This document shows, in pieces, positions 1 through 12,400 of a stretch of DNA of 64,000 nt (position 1 is the stretch's first letter; each line of letters begins with the position of its first letter). The translations under genes and the position numbers were made by a program. The notes beneath the pieces were generated by a model. It had not been told where the DNA came from. It did no database searches and saw only the letters and a program-made list of their open reading frames with translations. The stretch is from positions 49,596 to 113,595 of the forward strand of contig MCFE01000253.1 in NCBI GenBank assembly GCA_002104905.1, written 5' to 3'. This stretch comes from Basidiobolus meristosporus CBS 931.73 (taxonomy: Eukaryota; Fungi; Basidiobolomycota).

Positions 1-36
1 TTTGGTGAGTTCTTGTAGTTTTGCTCTCAAGTGCAC

Positions 37-472
37 TCATTGATCTGACACATGTTGACTTAATGTGGGGTGCTCATGTAAGGGGTGTTGGTGTAGATTG
101 GACTGATGTGTGCCTGTATGCCAACATTGCAGGGGATGGTGAGGAATCCAGCAAGGCATGCTGGCATGATCTTGATGCAGTTGCTTGTGGTCTGAATACT
201 TCCTCTTGAAGTTAACCTTCTGTTTCCTCAAGGTACTCACTTACCCTCAGTCTGATGCTATGAAACTGTTGTCTCAATGAGTCCTGTATGTATTGCTCTT
301 GGAAGCCACATAGCTCTACTAATGTATCATATAGTATATTAGTCACTTGGGGCAAAAACTCACTCAAAATCTCTTTGGTCCCAAAGTCAAGGCAAAAATG
401 GTATGGTGGTGTAGAGGTACTCATGGGAGAAGCTACACAACTCAAGGTGTGTGAGGTGTCTGATGGGTGCAA
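37..472 (-). mobile_element. Degenerate retrotransposon gag-like remnant (probably Ty3/gypsy)
   Basis: Broken minus-strand ORFs in CpG-free sequence; LSEFLPQ...QFHSIRLRVSEYLEE loosely resembles the Retrotrans_gag core. Weak by-eye match. Confidence 0.3.
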
Positions 473-791
473 TAACCTCTGGGTCTAAACTGCTGGTGTC
501 TTTGTCAATATGTCACTATGGTAAAAGCTCCTGCTTCTCTAGCTTCTTAGGTGCTCCATGTGTCTCCAAAGGCCTCTGTGTGTCTTGTGCACTACCCTGA
601 AAAGCTCCTTGATGGCAATTCTGAGATGTAACTGTTGAAGGCAGGTGCAGTGATCAAGCACTAATCAATAAGGGAGAAGTGTTAATGGTAGAATGGATAA
701 TATATTGCTGAGGGATTGACTTGCCTTAAATACTTTTTCTGATTGCAAAGAGATTACTAATGACAAGGTTTTAGAAGATTCCAGGTATCAG

Positions 792-1169
792 TGGAACTCA
801 AGAAAGCAACCAACCATAGCACTTTCTACCACAGAGGCAGAGTATATGATGGCCTGTGAAGCTACAAAAGAAGCAATGTGGTTAAGAAAGCTGTTTACAG
901 ATTTAGGCCCATGTCAAAAAACACCTATTACTTTATTTCAAGATAATCAATGATGTATACAATTAGGTAGAAATCCAACTTTTCATGCTAGAACTAAGCA
1001 CATAAAAATTAGACATCATTTCATATGTGAAGCTATAGAGAATAACTTAGTTAGCTTAGCTTACTGTCCTTCAGATGAAATGATTGCAGACATATTTACC
1101 AAACCATTAGCAAGAGACAAGTTTGAATATCTTAGGTCAAAATTAGGGCTAGTTGATGTGAGCACTTAA
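792..1169 (+). mobile_element. Ty1/copia RNase H remnant (3' end of pol)
   Basis: Translates [18 protein letters not shown]...QDNQ*CI...HARTKHIKIRHHF...EMIADIFTKPL...LRSKLGL*. One internal stop. Followed by polypurine tract GAGTGGGAG. Confidence 0.92.
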
Positions 1170-1180
1170 GTGAGTGGGAG

Positions 1181-1528
1181 TGTTGTAAAATTTGTAATTC
1201 TACCTAAATACTCACTTAACTTAGTCACTTAGATCATTACCTTCAAATATTAGAGAAAACTGACCAAGTTCCTTGTTGGGATTTAATTAGAATATTTTCA
1301 CCAAAATATCAGGTACCCAGAACATTAAAATTCTCAAAGTTGCCCAAACAGTCCCAGACTTTGCACACATGTTTTTGGGATCTTCCTTGACCTATTCTAC
1401 ATGTTTGTAATGCCAAGACCACGTAACAGTATAAATACTGCTTTTACATTCAATAAATCATTAAGTGAAAACCACATAATCTACTTGTTCTCCCAATCAC
1501 TTTCAATATCTCCAAGACCCTTACAACA
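1181..1528 (+). repeat. Ty1/copia 3' LTR (348 bp)
   Basis: Starts TGTTG directly after the PPT and ends CAACA; contains TATAAATA and AATAAA; clearly homologous (reverse complement) to 52355-52703. Confidence 0.92.
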
Positions 1529-1603
1529 ATAAATCATTGAGTGAAAACCACATAATCTACTTGTCCTCCAAATCACTTCCAATATCTCCAAGACTCTTAC
1601 AGC
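1529..1603 (+). repeat. Second partial copy of the LTR 3' end
   Basis: ATAAATCATTGAGTGAAAACCACATAATCTAC...CTCTTACAGCA repeats ~1453-1528. Confidence 0.85.
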
Positions 1604-2268
1604 AGCTCTTGTCTTTAAAGGGTCTTGAGTATCTCCTTTGCTGGCTTTCATTGCCAATTAAAGAATTTACTTCTTCCTTCTTATTGGGGCTTGATGTTCT
1701 TAATTACTTATCCATGAGCCTTTCATATTTAAGATTTAAGGTCAAATCTTCAGCTCAGGACTCTAGGGCTGCTACAAGGCCTTGAAGCTTGTCTGTCAGG
1801 CTATTCAGGATGGCAACTATCACATCCTCATCAGTAGTTGGTATATCCACAGATTCCATCTTATCCACCAGCAGGGTACTTCTGTTAATTGCGGTTTTAT
1901 TTCTACTCCTGACAGCATTGTTGTAGGAGGGGATTTTTGTCTAGGATGCATTTTCTTAGCATCTGAACATGACTAGTAGGTGTCTTCTAATGCCTTTCAG
2001 GCATTCTTTGCCATTTTTGCTCTTGATCCTTGAATTAGTAACTTGTCTTTGACATTAAGGCAAATGCAGTTAAAGGCACTTTGTTCTTTCTTCTGGCACT
2101 TTAAAGCTTCCTCTCCCATGTCTTTAGGAGGGCATTCTTCTCCCATGACAATATCCCAAAGGCCTCTTTGTTGTAGCAGCATCTTTATTTTCACCTTCCA
2201 CACTTGGTAGCTGGATCCATCCAACTTTTCAGCATAGGGAAGAATTCAGTAATAGCAGTAGTAGACAT
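1604..2268 (-). mobile_element. Ty1/copia gag remnant
   Basis: ATG at 2268; KLDGSSYQVWKVKIKMLLQQRGLWDIV (copia gag N-terminus) and DEDVIVAILNSL...LES*AEDLT (gag_2-like); stops and an internal deletion. Confidence 0.85.
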
Positions 2269-2286
2269 TGCAGTGAGTGACAGCTA

Positions 2287-2445
2287 GGGGCTCATAACCA
2301 GCTGTAAGAGTCTTGGAGATATTGGAAGTGATAGGGAGAACAAGTAGAGTATGTGGTTTTCACTTAATGCTTTATTGAATGTAAAAGTAGCATTAATACT
2401 TTTGCATCTTGTTGGCAAATCAAACACATGAAGAGTGCTTCAAAA
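2287..2445 (-). repeat. Copia primer-binding site plus partial 5' LTR (copy 1)
   Basis: Minus strand: LTR end followed by GGTTATGAGCCCC (2287-2299). Confidence 0.8.
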
Positions 2446-2850
2446 GGTCACCTTCCACACTTGGTAGTTAGATCCATCCAGCTTTTCAGCAGAGGGAAAA
2501 ACTCCAGTAATAGCAGTAGTACACATTGCAGAGAGTGACAGCTTGGGGCTCATAACCTGTTGTAAGAATCTTGGAGATATTGGAAGTGATTGGGAGAACA
2601 AGTAGATAATGTGGTTTTTACTTGATGATTTATCAAATGCCAAAAAAGTAGTATTTATACTTTTGCATCTTGTTGGCAAATCACTCACATGAAGAGTACT
2701 TCAAAAGGTCACAAGAACATGTGTGCTAAGTTTGGGGCTGTTTGGACAACCTATCGAAATCTCATGCTCTAGGTGTCTGATACTTTGGTGAAGATACTCA
2801 AAGCAAGTCCCAACAAGGAATCTGGCCAGAATTCTGAAAGATCTGTAAGC
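2446..2850 (-). repeat. Copia gag start, PBS and 5' LTR (copy 2; far LTR boundary approximate)
   Basis: Duplicate of ~2190-2445; LTR end ...CTTACAACA (2558) directly followed by GGTTATGAGCCCC (2545-2557). Confidence 0.8.
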
Positions 2851-3193
2851 AACAATGTGAGTGACCAGGTTGGATGGGTATTCAGGTGTAATCACCAAAT
2901 TTGCAGCAAGGCTAACTGACACTCACACCAAACCTGGAAATAAGCAAGTCACCACTTCCACCAAGAGTTAAAACTAAAAGTCTGAATGAAAAACATCAGT
3001 CAAATGGCCGGAAAATACCATCAGAATACCAGCAGAATATCCAGTTGGTTCCAAGGATGGGATTTTTCATGGGACTTCTTTCCAATAGTATTAGCATGAC
3101 CACCTTTATACCTTGAAGCCACAGGATCTCAGCTGTTTAATGCTCAGCTGTTGGGATCCTTGGAGTGGAAATCTCCACTAAGCGTGCAGGTGA

Positions 3194-4941
3194 TCAAGCT
3201 GAAGTGATTCCAAGAGTTGACCCCCCATCAACCTCCAGGCCCAGGCAAGACCGGTGGCAGATCTTGCTATATAGCTTCATAGAGTGGGCCACCTGGATCC
3301 TTGCATACGGGATTGATTCAATTCTGGTCAAGTCATTAGCCAGCATGGGGGAGCATGTATTTTCGATGGGTTGGGGTGGATTTGGCCGCCAGAGATTTAG
3401 AGATGTTGGATGTGATTTGGAGTAGAAGCAGACGAAGTGACTTTCCCTCGATGATTGATTGAACGCCGTAGTGGGGCTTATACTTTCCCATGGCCTTGGC
3501 AACAAACAGCGTGGAACATCCGCAGGAAGGTCCCGAGAGCATGTAGGCAAAGTTTGGGAGGGGGGGGCCCTTGGCCAACTATGGGGTTTTTTCATGTCTA
3601 GGGTGCCTGATATTTCGGCGAGACGTTCCAAGTAAACCCCGACGTGGGATTTGGGCAAGATACTCCAAGATTTGTGGACCATGATGCAAGCGACGAAGTC
3701 AGCGGAATATTTGGGTTCAAGTACGCGATTCACCACCAATATGACCGGTATGGCGCCAGGTGGTGATGCGGAAACCGGTCACTTTGTGTCACTTCCGGAT
3801 GGTTGCTATGGTCTTCCGAAGATTTGCCAAGTGGGCATCTGCTGAGGGATCCCAGGAGTTTGGTTGGTGGGAACAGGCCCCATCTCTCCATCACCTGCCC
3901 TTGGTTTCCGGAGGCCCGTTCCAAGGCGGGCAAGATCACTTGTCGGGTAGGCAGTACGTATCGAGTAGATCCAGCCGACCGTTCTACTTCGAACAAGTGC
4001 CGGGGCAATGAGCACAGCCACGGTGGTATCCCTGGGGGGGGCGAGTGGATTTGAATCCAGAGGGACTGGGGGTGATATCTCTTATTCGAAGGGCCATTAT
4101 CTGGTGAATACCCCCCCCCGCACACACACACACATTTTAGCATAGCACACTTAGCAATCACGTTTCAAATGCTGGCTCCACTCACCCCGGCACGAATCTC
4201 GACGGGAAGTTCAAAGGGTTAGTTCAGGCCACGCCAGATCCCAGCTTGATTCGACCCCGAGCACGTCGGCACGCCAACCACGTTCGGTCTGGCAGGGCGG
4301 GCGTGGTAATCACCAAGAGTGTGGGCGGGGTGACCGGGATCCAGGAACGACCGGGTGATTCCGAGGGAAGGGAGAGGGGATGGTTACTCGAAATGTACCC
4401 GTACCCGTGCCCGTGCCCGTACCCCTGGTAGCACCAATCTGTTCCGACGGGTGAACGAGTCTCCAGGGAGAGAAGGTGTACGAGTGATCGGACGCCAGGC
4501 CAATGGGTTTTCATCCGACCGACGCCGCCCAACAGGGACGATCTGGATTCCCTTGTTTGGCGGTCACCTAGCTGTGAATGGTAATGGGAGCAAGCGGACC
4601 ATCCGAACTTCTTGACCTGGAGACCCTCGGGCGGGCCTCACGCTTATTGGCGTAGGCCGCAGTGCTTCGGGGGGAACCGTAACTTGGGGGATTGGGTGTG
4701 GTCCAGGGTGGGTAGTGAGGCATGCAACGGGGCACCAGGCGCCTTGATCTAGCGGGATCAAAGGTCGCCCACCACCCTTTCTACGGTAACCGATCGCCCA
4801 TCCTCGTTGAAGCGAGGTGTGAACGCTTTGGCGAGGAGGAAATGAGGATATAGAGGTTTGGATACGAGTCGAGTGGTGAGGCGTAACATGGATGGATTGA
4901 CAGGTCAGATCTCCCTGCACCGCCCGCGCTATCCAGACCAC
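3194..4941 (-). other. Unresolved GC-rich, possibly coding or pseudogenic segment
   Basis: Several overlapping 100-180 aa minus-strand ORFs with normal CpG content; IPVILVVNRVLEPKYSADFVACIMVHKSW is faintly F-box-like. No confident family. Confidence 0.2.
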
Positions 4942-5174
4942 GGGATGTAAATAGCAGATGGCGAGGGGAAATTCCCCGAATATATTAGTGTAGATAAGGT
5001 TCGTCGCGGACCAATCCGAGGGGAGATCGGGCCATGTTCATTTTACCCTTTCGGGAACGGGATGGGTGGATGGAAGGATTGGATGGCTGGGGTTGGTTGT
5101 ACGCATGGTTTATTAAATTTACAATTACATCGACCAGGAGGGGAAATTATTTACAACGCGACAGGCGGACCGGC

Positions 5175-5999
5175 TCAGAAGTGGGGGCCGAAGTTGGGCC
5201 TGTTGAGATCATGTGCACCGTTGGGCTCCTGGAGGGTTCGCAGTGGTGGCAGTTTGTAGAGATACTCCTCACGTGGGCTGATCTCGCCAAGCGGGGATGG
5301 TGTTGATGTTGGTGAGGGGGATGGCAGTGGTAATGGCAGTGATAGTGGCAATGGTAGACTGAACGGATTCCCGTAGGGTGATACTGGGGTCAATGACCGG
5401 TTTCTGGGCGGCAAGGGTTGAACCTTGAATGCCTCCAAGGAAGGGAGAGTGACGATACCACTGGGGCATGAGTTGGATCTAGGGTGGAAATGATTAGCAG
5501 CGATGGCAGCAGAAGAGCCGGTCTCTGGTGGGGTCGCCGGAGGGGAGTCAAGGGCAAGGGAGCACTGAGGGGTGTCGGGGAATGAGGTTGGCTCGTAATG
5601 CCACAAAATCTGGGATGGTTTGGGCGCCTTGTAGTTTAGCTTCAGCACAGTGTAATCCCGCTTCCTCTTCTTATCCCTGCCCTCGTCCTCGCTCTGAGGA
5701 TCCCGGGGGACGATGAGGGGCTCCAGCTTCTTCTTCTTGAGCGACTGGCGCCTGTTCTGGAACCAGATCTGAACGGTTCTTGGGTTCATCTCCAACTCTT
5801 GGGCCAGCTGCTCTTTGGCGGCGGTGTTGGGTCGGTTGTTGGTTTGGAAGTACTCTTCCAGGGCGGCGAGTTGCTCTTTGTTGGTTCGACGACGAGGCTT
5901 ACGCTTGGGCTTCGCCGGCTTGGCCAAGGTGAACTCCTCGGCCCTTGTGTTGACCCAGGAGCTGATGGTGGTTGCGGTTGTGGTGTGTAGAGTAGTCAT
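5175..5999 (-). CDS. Homeodomain transcription factor (intronless, ~274 aa)
   Basis: KPRRRTNKEQLAALEEYF...KEQLAQELEMNPRTVQIWFQNRRQ; first ATG at 5999. Confidence 0.93.
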   Translation of the reverse strand: MTTLHTTTATTISSWVNTRAEEFTLAKPAKPKRKPRRRTNKEQLAALEEYFQTNNRPNTAAKEQLAQELEMNPRTVQIWFQNRRQSLKKKKLEPLIVPRDPQSEDEGRDKKRKRDYTVLKLNYKAPKPSQILWHYEPTSFPDTPQCSLALDSPPATPPETGSSAAIAANHFHPRSNSCPSGIVTLPSLEAFKVQPLPPRNRSLTPVSPYGNPFSLPLPLSLPLPLPSPSPTSTPSPLGEISPREEYLYKLPPLRTLQEPNGAHDLNRPNFGPHF

Positions 6000-6040
6000 G
6001 GCAGGAGGAAGTTGCTCAGCCAACCGGACGCCGCCCAGTA

Positions 6041-6046
6041 TTTATA
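6041..6046 (-). promoter_or_regulatory. Putative TATA box of the homeobox gene
   Basis: TATAAA on the minus strand 42 bp upstream of the ATG. Confidence 0.4.
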
Positions 6047-6509
6047 GGCGTTCTCCAAACGTAAATCGAACTAAGGTGTGGGACGGAAAAGGGAATATAA
6101 CATAATGGGCCGTCGCGTAGAAAACGGCAATATGACCAAGAATCCAGGTCGACTGGAGGACGAACTACAGCTTATCGGGTGGATTGGCATAGAAGGGATT
6201 TGGATAGATGCTACGACAGATTTGGTAGTGTTGTTTACGGATTGGGAAGGTCGGGACACTAATATGGCAGGAATGTTGTCTGATTCGGGGGCAATCTAAC
6301 AAACCAGTATCCTTAGCAAGTAGCGGTGCAAATCACAGCTACCTGGGCTTGCTTAATCACTTGCCAAATGCTAAACCTAAAATTCAGACCAAAACGGGAA
6401 GGTTTATTTCATAGAGCGCTCTAGGGTGGCAGGGTTAGGATGGTTGGGGATGGTTGGGGATGGGATATATGAGATAGTTCTAATATACAGGTGTTTACAA
6501 ATAAGGTGG

Positions 6510-8919
6510 TCAGGCATTACTGAGATTGATCGACTGAAGAAGTTCCATAATATGCATTATTTTGGGAATCATATGTCTGTAGCGTTTGGTCACTATATCC
6601 TCAATAAAGTATTCCGAGGTCTTCCCCTCAGGATCGATAGAGACCAGGGTCCGGCCATATTCTCTAACAAGGATCTTCTGGTGGTCATAGAAGTTGAACT
6701 GGACCGTATGGTTCGAGAGCAACAGCATCCTGGCGTGCTGGCTGTTGATCAGATCCCCGATCACGTGCAGCTTCCGGGTGTCAAACCTGATTTGCTCTAC
6801 GGTCTCGCTGTTGCTGCGCAGATGGGTCTTCATGAAGCGGTAGCTCTCGACTATCCTCTTGAACTTGATCTTGAGCTCGGTGGTAGGGATCTTCTCGGGG
6901 GAGAACTCGGTGACTTCCCCGGAGTTGTGATCCCGGTACTGGCAGGATCGTCGATCCGAAGAGAGGGTGATGCTGGTGTTGTCGAGGAAGTTGAGGCCGA
7001 TGGCTTTGTCCCCGAATTGGTAGGCGAGCCCCACCTCGGGAAATCGGATGAATTTGCGCACGAAGACTGCGTCACTCGTGATGGGATTCTGGACGGGGGC
7101 TTCGTTAGCGATGTTGTCGATGCGACGAAGCTCGTAGTCGATCAAGGTGTTGCGGAGGTTCATAATGATCGGCTCTACAAAGGCTATCGATTGAATGTGA
7201 GTACGGACCGACAATGAATTGAGCCTGGTCAATGCAAGCTTACCTGGTCTATTGGTCGCGTATGTAACGTACGCGCTGGGCGATTCGCTTACCACGGGTG
7301 CAACTGGCGCTGCCAATTGGGGTGCTTGCTTCTCTGAAGGGTCGGATGGTTTGGCGGTACGTGAGCGACGAACTCGCTCATTGTTGAAGATGTCTCGAGT
7401 TGATTTGGGTCTCAGCTGGAATGGCTCCCTAGCTTTATTGACTGCCTCTGGCTTCGGTGCTGCGGGCTTGCTTGGCTCAGCACGCTTGGCTTGAGCGGTG
7501 GCATGGCCGGGTTCGGCATCGTCCGATGAATTGGAATCATCCATGCCAAGCGCTTTCATTTGAGCTACCAGGGGGTTGACCTTTGTGCGACGATTCAAAT
7601 CCTCGCTCTGATACTCTTCTTGTAATTCTTCTTGGATCTTCGATCTCATCTTCTTCCGCTCTTCTTCGCGGGTAGGTGGCAGGTTTTGGGTAGCGGATGT
7701 TTCCAAGAAGAAGGGTAGCTGCAAGAGCTCCCTGAAGGTCAGTCGGGACTCGGGATTTCTGTTGAGACAGGCGCGGATCACCTCTTCTAGTTCTGGACTG
7801 CATGTAGCAGGGATTTGAAGCGGAGCAGAGGTGATGTTGCGTTCGACCTCCTTCAAACTAGATCCTTTCCAGGGGGCACGGGAGAACGCCATGATATAGA
7901 CCATTACTCCGAAGGACCATACATCAGCTTTGGTTCCGTGGCCAATCCTAGTGACAATCTCCGGCGCCACGTAGTTCGGGGTTCCGCATTTCGTCAGCCG
8001 ACGCTCATTATCTTCACGAAGTTGTGCACAGAGGCCAAAAGTCGGCGATTCTGGGTGTCCAGTCTTGATCCAGGAGAACGTTGGCCAGCTTCAGATCTCG
8101 GTGAATCACTTTCATCTTTTCGTGAAGATAGTTTAGCCCACTGGCGACCTCGCTCATTACCTTGCGGATCTTCCTTTCGGATATCGATCCCAGGCGATCG
8201 GTCCAATCCTTAAGTGAGCCCCGGGGACAGAGTCCAATAAAGAGGTACAGGAACTCGGTATCTTCGTGTTGGTGGATGAATTCGACGATGTTGGGATGGG
8301 AAGACTTTCGGGTGATAAGCATCTCATACTTGAGCCTTTCCAACACTTCTTGTCTTCGTATCGCACACTTGGCCATCACTTTGACGGCGCACTCTTTACC
8401 GGTGTTACGGTTGTACGCCTTGAACACTCTGCCGAATCCTCCCTTACCTAGGATCTCTCGGAGCTCCCACGTACCAGCACTGGTTTCAATGACGGAGGGT
8501 GGCTCTGGTAGGTCATCTTGTCGACTTGATTTGGCCGGCTCTTGCTGTTTTGGTTGCTGTGGGACATGCTGTTCTAGAAAGCGACGATAATCGTCTGCGC
8601 GGTGCTGGCGTGGATCAGGTACGGGTTGTGTGCGGGTCTTCGTGGCGGATTTGGGATACCTGTTTGGATCAGAGGAAGGAGTGGTGGATGGGTTGCCAGT
8701 CGGATTGGCAACGGTTCTCTTTTGCGAGTAAGGAGAGGGAATGGCTTGAAGCTCATTAGTGTTGCGGGAAGCGAGCTGCTTCGTGGGCTCCACGCTGCAC
8801 AGTGGAGTTGCAGTGGAAGTAGGACGTTTGTTCATCGTCCGCGGTCTCAATTGTCTAGCAGTTGGTTCAGGAACACGATTAACTGCGGGATATGCAAGCG
8901 TAGCTACTGGTTGCGACAT
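6510..8919 (-). CDS. PLK1/CDC5: Polo-like kinase (kinase plus two polo boxes) with a +1 frameshift at the DFG motif
   Basis: LGKGGFGRVF, VIHRDLKLANVLL; DFGLCAQL...KCGTPNYVAPE is restored by removing one base from the run at 8037-8040. Polo boxes GLAYQFGDKAIGLNFLD and NHTVQFNFYDHQKI. Confidence 0.9.
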
Positions 8920-9419
8920 AAATAGAAGAATCAACCGAAGGGTTCAGTAACGACAAGTGAGAAGGACAAAGGTTTGCTTATTTACACGGAAAGGGGCGTG
9001 AGGAAGTACAATATCTGAGAAGCAAGCTGGGAAGAAAGAGAGGTTAAACTACGGCAGCCGCGTGCATCAATGAGTAAAACACAGGGATTGAGAAGTTTGA
9101 GCTCCACGAATCGGTAGCAATATTATTATAACAATTCTCGATCCAGACAACAATCAAGTTTGTTTTGAAGAGAAATGCTGGGGATGGGGTGGGCTTATTT
9201 CATCAAAACAAACCACCCTACATGATTGGTGGAGTACCATTCTCTTGCAAGGGCGGCCCATGAGTCATCTGTCCAATGGGCGGTGTAGACGGAGAGAAAT
9301 TATCATGAGAGTTGGTGGCCATGAAGATGAAAACAAATAAATGACGGATATGGTGTGCAACTTTTAATTGTGTGCATACAGAACTGTGATTGATTTATGG
9401 AACTTGATTGGAATTTGGT

Positions 9420-12400
9420 TTAACTGGTTGCGAGATTCCTTACATTCCAACCCATACTTCGAGCCCGATCGTGCTCGCCAAGGATTGAGCTCGATGGCTC
9501 ATTTGTAGGACGTAGTAGATATTGCTCAGCCACTCGCTGGATATCCTCTGTGGTGACAGCTAACAGGTCTTTTCGACGTCTATACGCGGAATGTCAATCA
9601 TTGATCTAGGTAAGCTAGCGAGGTAATCTGTATGTAGTCCAACTGACCTCTGCCTCATGCCAGCGGAAATTCCAGTGATGAATCGTGTCAGCCCCTCTTC
9701 AGAGGCTCCTACCGGGGAATCGAGCCTTCCGAAGATAGCTAGTTTGGCTTCGGTTAATTCCTAGATCACATCACATTAGCGCACTACCTGGGAAAATCCC
9801 GCCAAATAGAATCCACCTTTTCACCAAATCGGTGGCCTGTCGCATACAGCTTGGATTTTTCGATGGATTCCAGAGTGTGGAGTGGTGTGGGATCCCGGTA
9901 TGAAAAGAAGGTGAACATCCCGAAACTGGCGTCATATTCTGCACCGCCATCGTAAGCGCCATTCTTTTCTCGGATCTCCCGATGGAGGAATTGTTGCGTC
10001 AACAGGTTCGCAAGTACCTGTGATGAAAGGTGAGTGATATGCTCGAAAACTGAAGGCCGATCTTCTTTTCCTACCGCAAGCTTAGCACTGTCTTCATGGG
10101 TGTACGGTACGGCTTTGATACATTGAGCAACAAAGTTGGTGTTAAAAGAGAGCGGAATAAATGATTTGGCAGGTTGTAAACTAAAGGTAGGCTGGAGAAA
10201 GACGCGTGTTAGCTAAGCTTCGAAATGAAGAGAAGAAGTTGACGTTTACAGAAATTGCAGCTTTGCTACAGTTTGCATCCCTCTTGAGACCGCTTAAGAA
10301 GTTGGCAAGATACTTGCGGTGATGCTTGGACCCCTCTGGGGTTCCATTTATGGCAATGCGAATGGACTCCTTCTTGAATATGAATGATTGTATCGACTGC
10401 ATATTTTGAACTGGTTAGGGATTGTGAGTAGGGTTCAGGTGAGCTTCAGGCATACTTTAAGTTTCTTCGCGACACTCTCTATAGTACTGATATTGTTCGC
10501 TAGCTTTCCTGCAAACTCCACCTGAGTAAGGCCGTTGGCAATCTCATTAAATTTCTTGATCCTGCGTTAGTGGAGCGTAGCACACGTCGGTAAAGTAATG
10601 GCACTTACCGCAGCCGAACTTAGGCTAGATGCTGCATAGGACTTGGCATAGACATGGCCGGAATATGGGACGGAGGCAAGCAAGGTGGAGGCATTCTAAT
10701 GGAGCTGTTATGTTGGTACGCAAATAGAAACAACTACGTAGAGTAATTACACTTGATATCAGAGGTTCGAGTGCATCAACATTCTCGAAATCAGTCTCTT
10801 TGATGAGATAGAGGACCAGCTTGTACAGCTTGGGTATGTGTCGATCAAGAACATACGACGAGAGAGAAATTCCTTCTTCGAACTTGTCGATATCTTTGGA
10901 AAGAAGATCCACTAAGTCTGGGGCTTCTAAAAGGCGTATGCACCAGCAACATGAAGTTACCTGAATGATCGCAAGCAAGAAAATGAGCAAATGATATTCC
11001 CCCAGTATACAGCCGTATTTCCTGGTCGATCTCTGCCATTGTTCTGAACCTGGTACCCAGGAAAGTTAACGCCTAACGGATGGTAAGCATTCAATGGTTT
11101 CCATCAAGATAGCCCCATCACATACATCACAAAACAACGGAAGGTACGGTTTCAAGTCCTCAGGCAAATCGGGAAGTGGGCTGATTATGCGTAGGTACGA
11201 GATACCATTCGCAGAGGTTGAACACCACTGAACCGGAACTCCGTCGATATCATCATGATCCAGGGGAGTTTCTTCACCATCTACTGGGATATCGGACAAG
11301 GATAATGACGGGAGGCATGAAACGTCTGGACGTATGTAAGAGTATGAGCAAATTGCAATTCAATGATTGAATCGAACCTTCCACAATGTCCTGGTATCTG
11401 CGCAATTCAAGTCCTCGCTGGAAAATCCTCGCTTTGTCTGGACCAGTCAATGACGAAGCGATCTTCTCCAGCCGTTGCCTTTCGTTAGCAAGGAGCTGAT
11501 TCGTATAGTTGACATCAGGTTGCATGACGAAGGTTAGTCTATGTGGGTTCTTGAGTAAGTACTTTTCGATCTTCGACCGGAAGAAGCCTCCTTTAAGGGA
11601 CAGTTGTTTGATTCGCTTGAGATTCTAATATCGAGTCAGTGAATTTCTCTTGATTGTGGCATTCATGAAGCCTCACTGACTTGATCAATTTCCAACTCGT
11701 CTATCGGATTCCTGCCATGAAACCAACTAGCGGATAGCGTTTGTAGAAGCGCCAGTCCAAAATTCCCAGTTTTCTTATATCGAGTCTGGATATCAGTTCG
11801 GAGATTCGATGCAAGTCTGATGTCTCTCTTACGTTTTTACTGCCCAGCTCAACTGGGTGAAGGATCGAGTCTATCCTGTTTCTGCTAAACCCTTTCCCAT
11901 GGGCGCGCTCAAGCACCATCTGAATGGAGTTTTCAACCTGTATTCGGATAAATTAGATGAAGATGGGCCGTACCGAGTGGCGTTACTTATCAGTACCAGA
12001 TCAATGTCATGATAGCGAACTCCCTGTAGTCCAGCACTGAAGGAGCTCGTCCTTGAAATCGGGATGGTTACGGATCGACAAGAGTTATAGACGTTGACAT
12101 TGTTTAACGTACTTTGTGGTTGTATTGTATCCTACATTGGTGGAGTATTCTGTGCCAAGGTCGGAGTCGATCAGTGCCTGGTGCATAGGCGAGGCAGGGC
12201 CGTCCAAAAGCAAGGCGGACAGAATTTTCATGCTGAAATGGTCAAATGCACTCTTCAGCCAGTTAGAAACGGGATAATGGAACTCAGTGCCAAAAAAAGC
12301 TTACTGGAAAGTCGTCGATTAGATACGACATCGATAGTTTGATTTGTCTGTTTGGGTTTCCTACTAGATGGATCCATGTTAGTTGCAACATCGGCATACA

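Noticed and set aside
4110-4135. C-run plus (CA)n microsatellite
   Set aside because: Short simple repeat with no further structure.
5175-5999. Homeobox gene as a mating-type locus
   Set aside because: It is a single typical homeodomain with no partner HD or HMG gene or pheromone/receptor genes nearby.
6426-7217. 263-aa plus-strand ORF, and similar antisense ORFs over RGS, RPS9 and RPL14
   Set aside because: These are antisense shadows of strongly biased coding sequence with no independent motifs.
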